This document shows positions 28,001-39,767 of a DNA stretch of 64,000 nt, in pieces (position 1 is the stretch's first letter; every line of letters begins with the position of its first letter). Source of the stretch: Azolla caroliniana (lineage: Eukaryota > Plantae > Polypodiophyta); contig JBHGNT010000013.1 in the NCBI GenBank assembly GCA_043228905.1, positions 15,128,001 through 15,192,000 of the forward strand, written 5' to 3'. The notes below the pieces were generated by a model that saw nothing but the letters and a program-made list of their open reading frames with translations, did no database searches and was not told the origin of the DNA. The position numbers were made by a program, and so were the translations under genes.

Positions 28001-29838
28001 TTTAGATGATGGTACTAACATTCAAGGTTTTTTTGTTTCTTGCAATGAATGTTGTAGTGTCAAGCAACTCCACGCCAGGGAAGGTAATGGAACAACCAGC
28101 CCCTGTGCCTAAACCCTCAATATCTGCTGCACATTCCAAGGTTCAGGGACCATCATTACCAATAACCTATGATTTTTATGATGAGGATGAATGTATGAGA
28201 AGGGCCATTGGAGCAGTGGAACATATGCTTCTACAAACAAATTCCCCAAGCTCCGGTCAACATCAAGAAATAGAGCCCACTAAGAAGAGAAATGCAGTTT
28301 CTTTACAAATAGAGCCCAGTAAGAAGAGAAATGCTGCAAGAATGTTGTATGGAAACGGCAAGAAAGGCAAAGTTGAATGCAATGGTGAGTCATATAAGTT
28401 CTCACCTGTCTGGAGCATTGTCAACCTAATCCATTGTCTAATACCATGTACTTGTGTTACTAGCTGATGATGAAATGATATTTGGTGACGGAGATACGAG
28501 TCCAAAACCTGATCATGAAGACGAATTTATCACACTCCCAGGTACACGTCAAAAGCCAGACTTTGAAAACAATGATTTAGCTCATAACAACCCTATTCTT
28601 GTTGTTATTATAGATCATAACAACACTGTTGAGCACCTAGATGTTGTGGAGAAGATGACCGAGCCCACCACTTGCAATGGGGTATCTACGGCTGTACAGT
28701 ATGACGATGTAACATTAGGTAAAAATGTGGCCCTAAACCCTATGTTCATTGTTTGCAAACTTTTGAGTATGTGAGTTCATACCAATATTCTTTGGAATCC
28801 CACTAATTAGGTTTACAAGAGCAGTCTGATTCCCAACTGCAATCAAATGAATCGGGAACTTCATGGAGCACAAGTGCAGAATCAGATTCCCATCAGAGTC
28901 AGAATCAAATTAACCTTTGCAAGGAGGCAGACTCTAGAAGCACATCTTCCACACATGAGGATTGTGAGAAAAACGAAGCATTCATATGTGAAGAGCAGCT
29001 GGCATGTACAAACAACACTATGTCTAAAGAAGCCTATGAGTGTGGAAAGAATATGGCAAGTACTGAAGAGAAGATTGAAGCCCATGAAGAGTGTGGAAAG
29101 AATATGGCAAGTACTGAAGAGAAGACTGATTGTACTGATAATGTGGCAAGTGCTGAAGAGAAGACTGATTGTACTGATAATGTGCTAGTACTATCTAAAG
29201 ATTCCCATGAGGATCATGGAAAGAACATTGCTAGCAATGAAGAGGAGCTTGATTGTACTGAGAATGTGCTAGTAGTGTCTTGTGAAGCCCATGAGGATCG
29301 TGGAAAGAACATCGCTTTCCCTGAAGATAAGCCTGTTTGTACAGAATCCCATGAGGAGTGTAGAGTGAACAACGTTACTAATGAAGGTGGGCCTGATTGT
29401 ACTCAGAGCGAACAACGTTGTCTTAAGAATGAGGTGACATCCATCGTACAAGAGGAGTTGACCATGACTACTGCCACGGTCCACATACAGGAGTCTAATA
29501 AGAACGAGTGTATAGGCATCGGTGATGATGATAGGGCAATAAAGATCGTTAGGAGTACAAGCATTCAGGAGATGAGTGATAATTTGTCTATCGACAGCAC
29601 CTTTGTGGATTTGTGTACAAGCATTGCAGTTGCAGAAAACATAGTTGCTCTCTCAAGCTTGCCACCAGTACAAGGTGCCCGCGCATCCACGCCTGTCTCT
29701 GATGCCTCTGATGATGAAGTGCCACTTAGTCAGCTCATACCTAAAGGCTTTAAGATAAAGAAGAATGTAAAATCAGAAAAATCTGGCACCAACAACAAGC
29801 GCATTACAAGATCGGCCAAGTTACCCTCTAGTGCCTGA
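25077..29838 (+). CDS. transposon accessory protein of about 950 aa: basic TPxK N-terminus, unknown domain, coiled coil, RING-H2 finger, acidic repeat tail
   Basis: GT-AG, phase-compatible exons 25077-26095, 26186-26370, (26552-26596), 28058-28384, 28464-28718 and 28811-29838 join into one open frame (2859 nt with the optional mini-exon); RING-H2 spacing CIFC-x15-CLHTYHVLC-x10-CMDC. Confidence 0.78.
26500..27965. repeat. intronic 52-bp tandem array with 104-bp dimer structure, TTAGTACT-rich
   Basis: (G)ATTAGTACT recurs at 27250, 27302, 27354, 27406, 27458, 27510, 27562, 27614 and 27666 with alternating A/B variants; degenerate flanking units. Confidence 0.9.
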
Positions 29839-29949
29839 TTGTCTTTCGATTGTACTTGAACTTTAGTTGTTAGTGATGTCTGAAATTGAACTATTTGGAT
29901 ACCAAAATACTGTTTCAATTGCCAATGTAAAAAATCCAGTTCATGAATC

Positions 29950-30800
29950 TGAAATAGTTATACCAGTGTGAAATCAAGTTCATGTTTAAGGATTGCTTCT
30001 ATATTTTGCTCATCAACATATATCAAAAACAATGGGAATATACTTTTTGATCTAAGTATTCTTATTTTACAACGTTTTGTTTCTTTTTTGAGATCATCTC
30101 CTAATCCTCGCAAAGTCTTTCAGTCTATTGTAGATAAAATGCTTGAAAGTCTTCTTAGCTTGCTAGGAAAATTTAGGTTTTTAGGTGTTGATGATGAGAA
30201 ACAGAAAATATCGAGTATCGGGTGTTATTGAAGATATCCTGAAGTATAGACTGTTTCATCAATCCCATTTGGACGGTAACCAGAATGTGTGCAAATTGTT
30301 GAAGCAATGTGGGCCATATTTTGATGATATCATCCCAAAGGATGAATCATCCACTAACAGTAGTAAGGAAACACATACCTTTTTGAGCTATCACAAATTA
30401 TTGTTTCAGAAGTTGGATTATTTTGTTAAGGAAAGGAAGGTTTGTACTTTAAAATCCATAGCCTGGATATTCAGGACTTATATACAATAAGTAAAAACTC
30501 AGATGGCTTCACAGGACATATCATGAAACAAAAAAGGATTCTGAGAGAATAATTTTCATTGTTGTCTTCACAGAATTCATCGCCCCCTTTGAAAAATGAA
30601 CTTACAGTAGAAAATCTTACAATATTAAAGTCTTTAATGAATTCAACTAACAATCTTCTCTTCGTAGCAAAAGAAGAGCAGATTTATGTGGCAACAGAGG
30701 ACACACCAACTCTGCAAAACTCCTATGCTCAAATAACATCAGGAAACATGAGCAATATCGGCAATGAAGAAATCCAAGTCCTGTTGATAACAACTAATAT
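29950..30800 (+). pseudogene. captured host-gene fragment, URB2/Npa2-like, frameshifted
   Basis: FLRSSPNPRKVFQSIVDKMLESLLSLLG / IEDILKYRLFHQSHLDG / SYHKLLFQKLD resembles, from memory, a segment of plant Urb2/Npa2 proteins; split over three short ORFs. Confidence 0.5.
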
Positions 30801-30952
30801 ATTATGAAAGATAAGTACAAGTGGTTGAGAGGCATAAACCCTTTGGAAGAAAGACGAAATATATCAATTCATTTGTCAATCATCAAAATTAATAGTGAAC
30901 TCCAAGTGGATGTTTTTCAGTTTTCTAGTACAATGTATTGATAGGGTGACTT

Positions 30953-33900
30953 TCAAGCTTTAAATAGAGAGACCTCCCCTAATATGTGCTCATGAACCTC
31001 TTGGGGGACCTTGTAGACAGTGTTGTATCCCTTAACCTTGTGCTTTGCTTGAGTCATATTGAATTTGATCGCAAGAATGGCATCAGCGTAGATTATTGCG
31101 ATGGGTGCTTCTTTTAGTAATGCATATGTGTTCTTGCACTGCGGCAACTTTGCATAATAGTTTCCATACACGACAGACTCACCAACGTTGAAATTGTTGC
31201 CCCAACCATCCCTCACCACTTCTTTCAATAATGTCTTTCCTTGCTTGCACACCACAATGTAGTAGTCTTCTAAATCTTCATTCTGAGAATATTTGAGCAC
31301 TGCAAAATGATCTCCAACTTCTAATAAAACTGCCAAGTCTTGATTTTGGTTGTAGTATACAATATCGTTTGAATGCACATCCTCTTCAATATCATCTTGT
31401 AGTTCAGGCTCAAGCTTCTGCAGCTTCCAGGGCTCCACGATTGATAGGTTGATGCATTTATCCCAAGCTTCATCTAGACACATGGAACAAAAGCATGATA
31501 AACTACGGAGTAACAATTGGGTTGTGTCCTTGCGGCTAAACCCTAACACACAATGGGTGCTGCGTGTCCCTTTCACGGTTTTACAACCATATGATTTAGT
31601 TCTATCGACCTCATCAGCGCGAACTTCAACAAACAATCTGTTCTTACCATCATTTGACATCTTCCATGTTAGCCACTGCACAACATCATGTGCATTTTGT
31701 AACTTAGCGCCATTATTATCCAACTGCTCACTTGTAAGGGCACGTTTGATCACAGCCCCCGCGCCATCATGCTCTCCTTTTCCATGTCCAGACCCGAAGT
31801 AATTCCATTGCATACGAATATTGAATAAGGAGAAATACCTGCTTTGGTGAGTACAAGATGAGTACAATACTATGAGTACAACATGAGTAAATACTGATTT
31901 AGTACAATTCTCTTAAGGACGGACAATACTATGAGTACAAGATGAGTACTTTACATCCTCCTGTAAACACAACATAGTACAAAACCAACACACAACATAG
32001 TACAATGTGTCTATGGAGAACCCTTCACATGGATTAATCGATACTTAGTACAATTCTCTTAAGGACGGACAATACTATGAGTACAAGATGAGTACTTTAC
32101 ATCCTCCTGTAAACACAACATAGTACAAAACCAACACACAACATAGTACAATGTGTCTATGGAGAACCCTTCACATGGATTAATCGATACTTAGTACAAT
32201 TCTCTTAAGGACGGACAATACTATGAGTACAAGATGAGTACTTTACATCCTCCTGTAAACACAACATAGTACAGATAGGACACACAACAAAGTACAATGT
32301 GTCTATGGAGAACCCTTCACATGGATTAAAACATAATTAGTACAATTCTCTTAAGGACGGACAATACTATAAGTACAAGATGAGTACTTTACATCCTTTT
32401 GTAAACACAACATAGTACAAAACCAACACACAACATAGTACAATGTGTCTATGGAGAACCCTTCACATGGATTAATCGATACTTAGTACAATTCTCTTAA
32501 GGACGGACAATACTATGAGTACAAGATGAGTACTTTACATCCTCCTGTAAACACAACATAGTACAGATAGGACACACAACAAAGTACAATGTGTCTATGG
32601 AGAACCCTTCACATGGATTAAAACATAATTAGTACAATTCTCTTAAGGACGGACAATACTATGAGTACAAGATGAGTACTTTACATCCTCCTGTAAACAC
32701 AACATAGTACAGATAGGACACACAACAAAGTACAATGTGTCTATGGAGAACCCTTCACATGGATTAAAACATAATTAGTACAATTCTCTTAAGGACGGAC
32801 AATACTATAAGTACAAGATGAGTACTTTACATCCTTTTGTAAACACAACATAGTACAGAACCAACACACAACATAGTACAATGTGTCTATGGAGAACACT
32901 TCACATGGATTAAAAGTTACTTAGTACAACATAATACAAACAAAATTAGTATGCATGCATCCATTCACAAGTGCAAGATTCGAATAGTTAGAAACATAAT
33001 TAGTATGCATCGATGTGACTAGTACTGTTTGTTGATAGTTACAAACATAATTAGTATGCATCCACTAACACAAGATTTACTTCCTTACACATTGCATGAT
33101 AAGTATTAAACATATGGATTAAAAATTACCTGGCGATAAAGTAGAACGATCGTGCCGCCTTAAACTGCGAGGCAGCACCATCAGACCAAACCCAATGACG
33201 GTTAAAGGTTAACCCTAGAGAAAATAAATCTGCATGGTGAAGCTTAAAACAATGTTGAACAAATAGTGTATCATGCTTTTTATCATCTGAAATGTAAAAT
33301 ATTGATTTCTTATGTAACTCACCGTCTTGCCTCCAATAGCAAATATGTACAAGTATTGTACATTGATCATTGTACCAATGCATTGATTGAACCTCATTTT
33401 GAACTTTAAATGTATAGTTTTCTGCAAAATCAATAACGGATACAATGACACCCGTTGGTAAGTTATTAATACATTCCTTGAACTGTGAATTTTGCCAATA
33501 ACTCCGGAAGTTATGTGGAATAAACTCCCCAAGTTGTTTCTTAAATTCTGAGACAAGGGTAGCAGCACATGTCTCCTTATATACTTCCTTGATACGCTTA
33601 GTTACAACTCCCTTGCCAATATTTTCAGTCACATACTCCAAATATTTCCATTTCACGATATGACTATTTCCTATATCAAGCTCCTGCCTACAAAATAATG
33701 GTAGCGGACAAACCTTACATGTTCTTAATAGACATGTACGACGATGCCACTCACACGATGGTTCTTTTTCACAAACACAAGACCTCCATAGCTCAGAAAC
33801 GGATGCATAAGTCATGTTTCGTGCATTACACCTATTATCCTCCCCATTTGGTCTACAAATCTCACAAGTGCAGACACATAATTCCCCATGTATACCCTTA

Positions 33901-34777
33901 GAATCAGTACGCATTGCATTCACAGAAACCCTTAACATGTCCATCTTCACATGGTACACACAACAACATGTATTCCTCTCATTTAATTTTCTAACATAAA
34001 ATGGTTTCAAACCTTGGAACTTGCGGAATCCGACAGTCAAGCTTGGATGTTGGTCTTTAAAGTTCATGTACAATTCAGCCTACATCAACCAATATATATA
34101 GCAAACATTAATATACACTTGGTCAAAACAGAAAGTTATGGAATGTGAATTGATATAAAAAAATGGAATACCTCTGTCATCTCCAAGAAGTGTCTAGGGT
34201 GAATCTGGTACATACCCTGACTTATTCGTTGTCTACACACGTCCTTCTTATTTGGTGAGACACGCGTATTTTTGGCCCAAAATGAATCCACTTTCTCAAT
34301 AATCTCTTGAGATAAGGCATCACATCGTCGTCTACGTCCCGACCCCAGCCACTTGAATTTGCTTGAGTGTATATTTCGGCGATGTTTCCTCAAGTTCCTT
34401 CTTTGAATACCCAGGGCTAAGGCAACTTTAGTATCACTATATTTTTTTTCTCTCACACCATTCACAACCATGTGTAGGGCTGCCCTCTTTGCAGCAAGTT
34501 TGTCTAAGCTCTCTACACCTTTCACTAAGTCTAGGGATGACTTCATAGACTCCACAATCTCTTCTGAAACACATTGGTCCCTAAATTTTATTCTCTCCAT
34601 GTCTTCATTCAAACTTTGATGGTGTAACACTCTACAAATAATATCCCTACGATCCTCTTCACTAAATCTCTTCGTTATTTCTACCAAATAATGAACTATG
34701 TGAAGAACCACTCGTCTCTTAGTCCTTTCAGATATGCATGAGTTACTTGACAACTCACTCTCGTTAGGAACCCCCAT
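30953..34777 (-). CDS. Sola2-like DDD transposase, 813 aa, 3 exons, intact
   Basis: Exons 34777-34172, 34079-33130 and 31838-30953 (GT-AG, total 2442 nt); motifs SPNKKD, KFQGLKPFYV, CCCVYH, DFAENY, QSMHW, SDDKKHD, WSDGAASQFK, WNYFGSGHGKGEHDGAG. Confidence 0.9.
31899..32930. repeat. 146-bp tandem array, 7 copies, filling transposase intron 2
   Basis: AGTACAATTCTC unit starts at 31901, 32047, 32193, 32339, 32485, 32631 and 32777; five AGTAC motifs per unit. Confidence 0.95.
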
Positions 34778-34832
34778 TCGGTCACTAGATTTATCCACAA
34801 AAATTAAGTGTCTTGCGAAAGTAGTTAATGTT

Positions 34833-37800
34833 ATATAGACTCAACCAAGAAAACACAATCAAATGTTTTTAAATGTGGCCTGCAAAGTGAGAAATATTTT
34901 GTTTCAAACATTAGAATTACATATCAAATATGGCAAATGTCAATTCTAAAAATTTAGTACTGAAATATGAAGAAATGAAACATTTTAGTACTGAAAATGA
35001 AAAAAATGGATGGAAGGAACCTCCAATGGTGGAGGGAGCGTGGATATATAGACTCAACCAAGAAAACACAATCAAATGTTTTTAAATGTGGCCTGCAAAG
35101 TGAGAAATATTTTGTTTCAAACATTAGAATTACATATCAAATATGGCAAATGTCAATTCTAAAAATTTAGTACTGAAATATGAAGAAATGAAACATTTTA
35201 GTACTGAAAATGAAAAAAATGGATGGAAGGAACCTCCAATGGTGGAGGGAGCGTGGATATATAGACTCAACCAAGAAAACACAATCAAATGTTTTTAAAT
35301 GTGGCCTGCAAAGTGAGAAATATTTTGTTTCAAACATTAGAATTACATATCAAATATGGCAAATGTCAATTCTAAAAATTTAGTACTGAAATATGAAGAA
35401 ATGAAACATTTTAGTACTGAAAATGAAAAAAATGGATGGAAGGAACCTCCAATGGTGGAGGGAGCGTGGATATATAGACTCAACCAAGAAAACACAATCA
35501 AATGTTTTTAAATGTGGCCTGCAAAGTGAGAAATATTTTGTTTCAAACATTAGAATTACATATCAAATATGGCAAATGTCAATTCTAAAAATTTAGTACT
35601 GAAATATGAAGAAATGAAACATTTTAGTACTGAAAATGAAAAAAATGGATGGAAGGAACCTCCAATGGTGGAGGGAGCGTGGATATATAGACTCAACCAA
35701 GAAAACACAATCAAATGTTTTTAAATGTGGCCTGCAAAGTGAGAAATATTTTGTTTCAAACATTAGAATTACATATCAAATATGGCAAATGTCAATTCTA
35801 AAAATTTAGTACTGAAATATGAAGAAATGAAACATTTTAGTACTGAAAATGAAAAAAATGGATGGAAGGAACCTCCAATGGTGGAGGGAGCGTGGATATA
35901 TAGACTCAACCAAGAAAACACAATCAAATGTTTTTAAATGTGGCCTGCAAAGTGAGAAATATTTTGTTTCAAACATTAGAATTACATATCAAATATGGCA
36001 AATGTCAATTCTAAAAATTTAGTACTGAAATATGAAGAAATGAAACATTTTAGTACTGAAAATGAAAAAAATGGATGGAAGGAACCTCCAATGGTGGAGG
36101 GAGCGTGGATATATAGACTCAACCAAGAAAACACAATCAAATGTTTTTAAATGTGGCCTGCAAAGTGAGAAATATTTTGTTTCAAACATTAGAATTACAT
36201 ATCAAATATGGCAAATGTCAATTCTAAAAATTTAGTACTGAAATATGAAGAAATGAAACATTTTAGTACTGAAAATGAAAAAAATGGATGGAAGGAACCT
36301 CCAATGGTGGAGGGAGCGTGGATATATAGACTCAACCAAGAAAACACAATCAAATGTTTTTAAATGTGGCCTGCAAAGTGAGAAATATTTTGTTTCAAAC
36401 ATTAGAATTACATATCAAATATGGCAAATGTCAATTCTAAAAATTTAGTACTGAAATATGAAGAAATGAAACATTTTAGTACTGAAAATGAAAAAAATGG
36501 ATGGAAGGAACCTCCAATGGTGGAGGGAGCGTGGATATATAGACTCAACCAAGAAAACACAATCAAATGTTTTTAAATGTGGCCTGCAAAGTGAGAAATA
36601 TTTTGTTTCAAACATTAGAATTACATATCAAATATGGCAAATGTCAATTCTAAAAATTTAGTACTGAAATATGAAGAAATGAAACATTTTAGTACTGAAA
36701 ATGAAAAAAATGGATGGAAGGAACCTCCAATGGTGGAGGGAGCGTGGATATATAGACTCAACCAAGAAAACACAATCAAATGTTTTTAAATGTGGCCTGC
36801 AAAGTGAGAAATATTTTGTTTCAAACATTAGAATTACATATCAAATATGGCAAATGTCAATTCTAAAAATTTAGTACTGAAATATGAAGAAATGAAACAT
36901 TTTAGTACTGAAAATGAAAAAAATGGATGGAAGGAACCTCCAATGGTGGAGGGAGCGTGGATATATAGACTCAACCAAGAAAACACAATCAAATGTTTTT
37001 AAATGTGGCCTGCAAAGTGAGAAATATTTTGTTTCAAACATTAGAATTACATATCAAATATGGCAAATGTCAATTCTAAAAATTTAGTACTGAAATATGA
37101 AGAAATGAAACATTTTAGTACTGAAAATGAAAAAAATGGATGGAAGGAACCTCCAATGGTGGAGGGAGCGTGGATATATAGACTCAACCAAGAAAACACA
37201 ATCAAATGTTTTTAAATGTGGCCTGCAAAGTGAGAAATATTTTGTTTCAAACATTAGAATTACATATCAAATATGGCAAATGTCAATTCTAAAAATTTAG
37301 TACTGAAATATGAAGAAATGAAACATTTTAGTACTGAAAATGAAAAAAATGGATGGAAGGAACCTCCAATGGTGGAGGGAGCGTGGATATATAGACTCAA
37401 CCAAGAAAACACAATCAAATGTTTTTAAATGTGGCCTGCAAAGTGAGAAATATTTTGTTTCAAACATTAGAATTACATATCAAATATGGCAAATGTCAAT
37501 TCTAAAAATTTAGTACTGAAATATGAAGAAATGAAACATTTTAGTACTGAAAATGAAAAAAATGGATGGAAGGAACCTCCAATGGTGGAGGGAGCGTGGA
37601 TATATAGACTCAACCAAGAAAACACAATCAAATGTTTTTAAATGTGGCCTGCAAAGTGAGAAATATTTTGTTTCAAACATTAGAATTACATATCAAATAT
37701 GGCAAATGTCAATTCTAAAAATTTAGTACTGAAATATGAAGAAATGAAACATTTTAGTACTGAAAATGAAAAAAATGGATGGAAGGAACCTCCAATGGTG

Positions 37801-39090
37801 GAGGGAGCGTGGATATATAGACTCAACCAAGAAAACACAATCAAATGTTTTTAAATGTGGCCTGCAAAGTGAGAAATATTTTGTTTCAAACATTAGAATT
37901 ACATATCAAATATGGCAAATGTCAATTCTAAAAATTTAGTACTGAAATATGAAGAAATGAAACATTTTAGTACTGAAAATGAAAAAAATGGATGGAAGGA
38001 ACCTCCAATGGTGGAGGGAGCGTGGATATATAGACTCAACCAAGAAAACACAATCAAATGTTTTTAAATGTGGCCTGCAAAGTGAGAAATATTTTGTTTC
38101 AAACATTAGAATTACATATCAAATATGGCAAATGTCAATTCTAAAAATTTAGTACTGAAATATGAAGAAATGAAACATTTTAGTACTGAAAATGAAAAAA
38201 ATGGATGGAAGGAACCTCCAATGGTGGAGGGAGCGTGGATATATAGACTCAACCAAGAAAACACAATCAAATGTTTTTAAATGTGGCCTGCAAAGTGAGA
38301 AATATTTTGTTTCAAACATTAGAATTACATATCAAATATGGCAAATGTCAATTCTAAAAATTTAGTACTGAAATATGAAGAAATGAAACATTTTAGTACT
38401 GAAAATGAAAAAAATGGATGGAAGGAACCTCCAATGGTGGAGGGAGCGTGGATATATAGACTCAACCAAGAAAACACAATCAAATGTTTTTAAATGTGGC
38501 CAAAAAGTGAGAAATATTTTGTTTCAAACATTAGAATTACATATCAAATATGGCAAATGTCAATTCTAAAAATTTAGTACTGAAATATGAAGAAATGAAA
38601 CATTTTAGTACTGAAAATGAAAAAAATGGATGGAAGGAACCTCCAATGGTGGAGGGAGCGTGGATATATAGACTCAACCAAGAAAACACAATCAAATGTT
38701 TTTAAATGTGGCCTGCAAAGTGAGAAATATTTTGTTTCAAACATTAGAATTACATATCAAATATGGCAAATGTCAATTCTAAAAATTTAGTACTGAAATA
38801 TGAAGAAATGAAACATTTTAGTACTGAAAATGAAAAAAATGGATGGAAGGAACCTCCAATGGTGGAGGGAGCGTGGATATATAGACTCAACCAAGAAAAC
38901 ACAATCAAATGTTTTTAAATGTGGCCAAAAAGTGAGAAATATTTTGTTTCAAACATTAGAATTACATATCAAATATGGCAAATGTCAATTCTAAAAATTT
39001 AGTACTGAAATATGAAGAAATGAAACATTTTAGTACTGAAAATAAAAAAAAGGATGGAAGGAACCTCCAATGGTGGAGGGAGCGTTGGAT
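34833..39090. repeat. 213-bp tandem array, about 20 near-identical copies, upstream of the transposase
   Basis: GACTCAACCAAG at 34838, 35051, 35264 and so on to 38884; two TTAGTACTGAAA per unit. Confidence 0.97.
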
Positions 39091-39250
39091 ATGCCGCCTC
39101 GATTTGGTGGAAGGAACCTCCAATGGTGGAGGGAGCGTGGATATGCAGCCTCGATTTGGTGGAAGGAACCTCCAATGGTGGAGGGAGCGTTGGATATGCC
39201 GCCTCGATTTGGTGGAAGGAACCTCCAATGCCGCCTCGATTTGGTGGAAA
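39055..39250. repeat. subrepeats of about 55 bp related to part of the 213-bp unit
   Basis: GGAAGGAACCTCCAATGGTGGAGGGAGCG..GGATATGC.GCCTCGATTTGGT repeated about 3.5 times. Confidence 0.85.
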
Positions 39251-39767
39251 AAGCCCCAAATCACCACGACATCAACTGCAATCGGTGGAAGTACGAAAGT
39301 CGTTGTCAAAGAAGTGACTATTGGCTGCTACCTAAACCCTCAGAACAGTCTCTGTACCTCAACCGAAACCTAACAAAAACAGAAACCCTAAAAAAATCAG
39401 AAATCCTCAACTCAAACTCTCCAACCAGACATGGATGTCTGAGATATAGATTGAAGGAAAATCAGAAACGTGACATGGATGTCTGTGATGAAAAGCTCAG
39501 AGAGATAGAGGAAGAACAGTATGAGGGGAATCGCCAAAACGACGTGAGGGGAAGCGCCAAAATCGACGTGAGGGGAAAATAGCCCCCAAAATGGAAGAAC
39601 ATCTCCTCACGTGTTCCCCCCACTCCTTCTACAGTAAATGACACTTGTACTACAGTCACCCCACTCTCCAAAATCGATTTTCTTTTTCTCTAATTTTTTT
39701 TCTGAATTATTCAGTACTAACAGTATTGAAAGTACTGACAATTTTTGTGGCCAAAAACAGTACTTTT

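Noticed and set aside
34833-39090. CRISPR-like array or repeat-protein ORF (213 bp = 71 codons)
   Set aside because: The units are identical with no unique spacers, the context is eukaryotic, and the ORF track shows no long ORF across the array
38962-39671. ORFs at the distal end of the 213-bp array
   Set aside because: They arise from the 55-bp subrepeats in several frames at once; no protein signature
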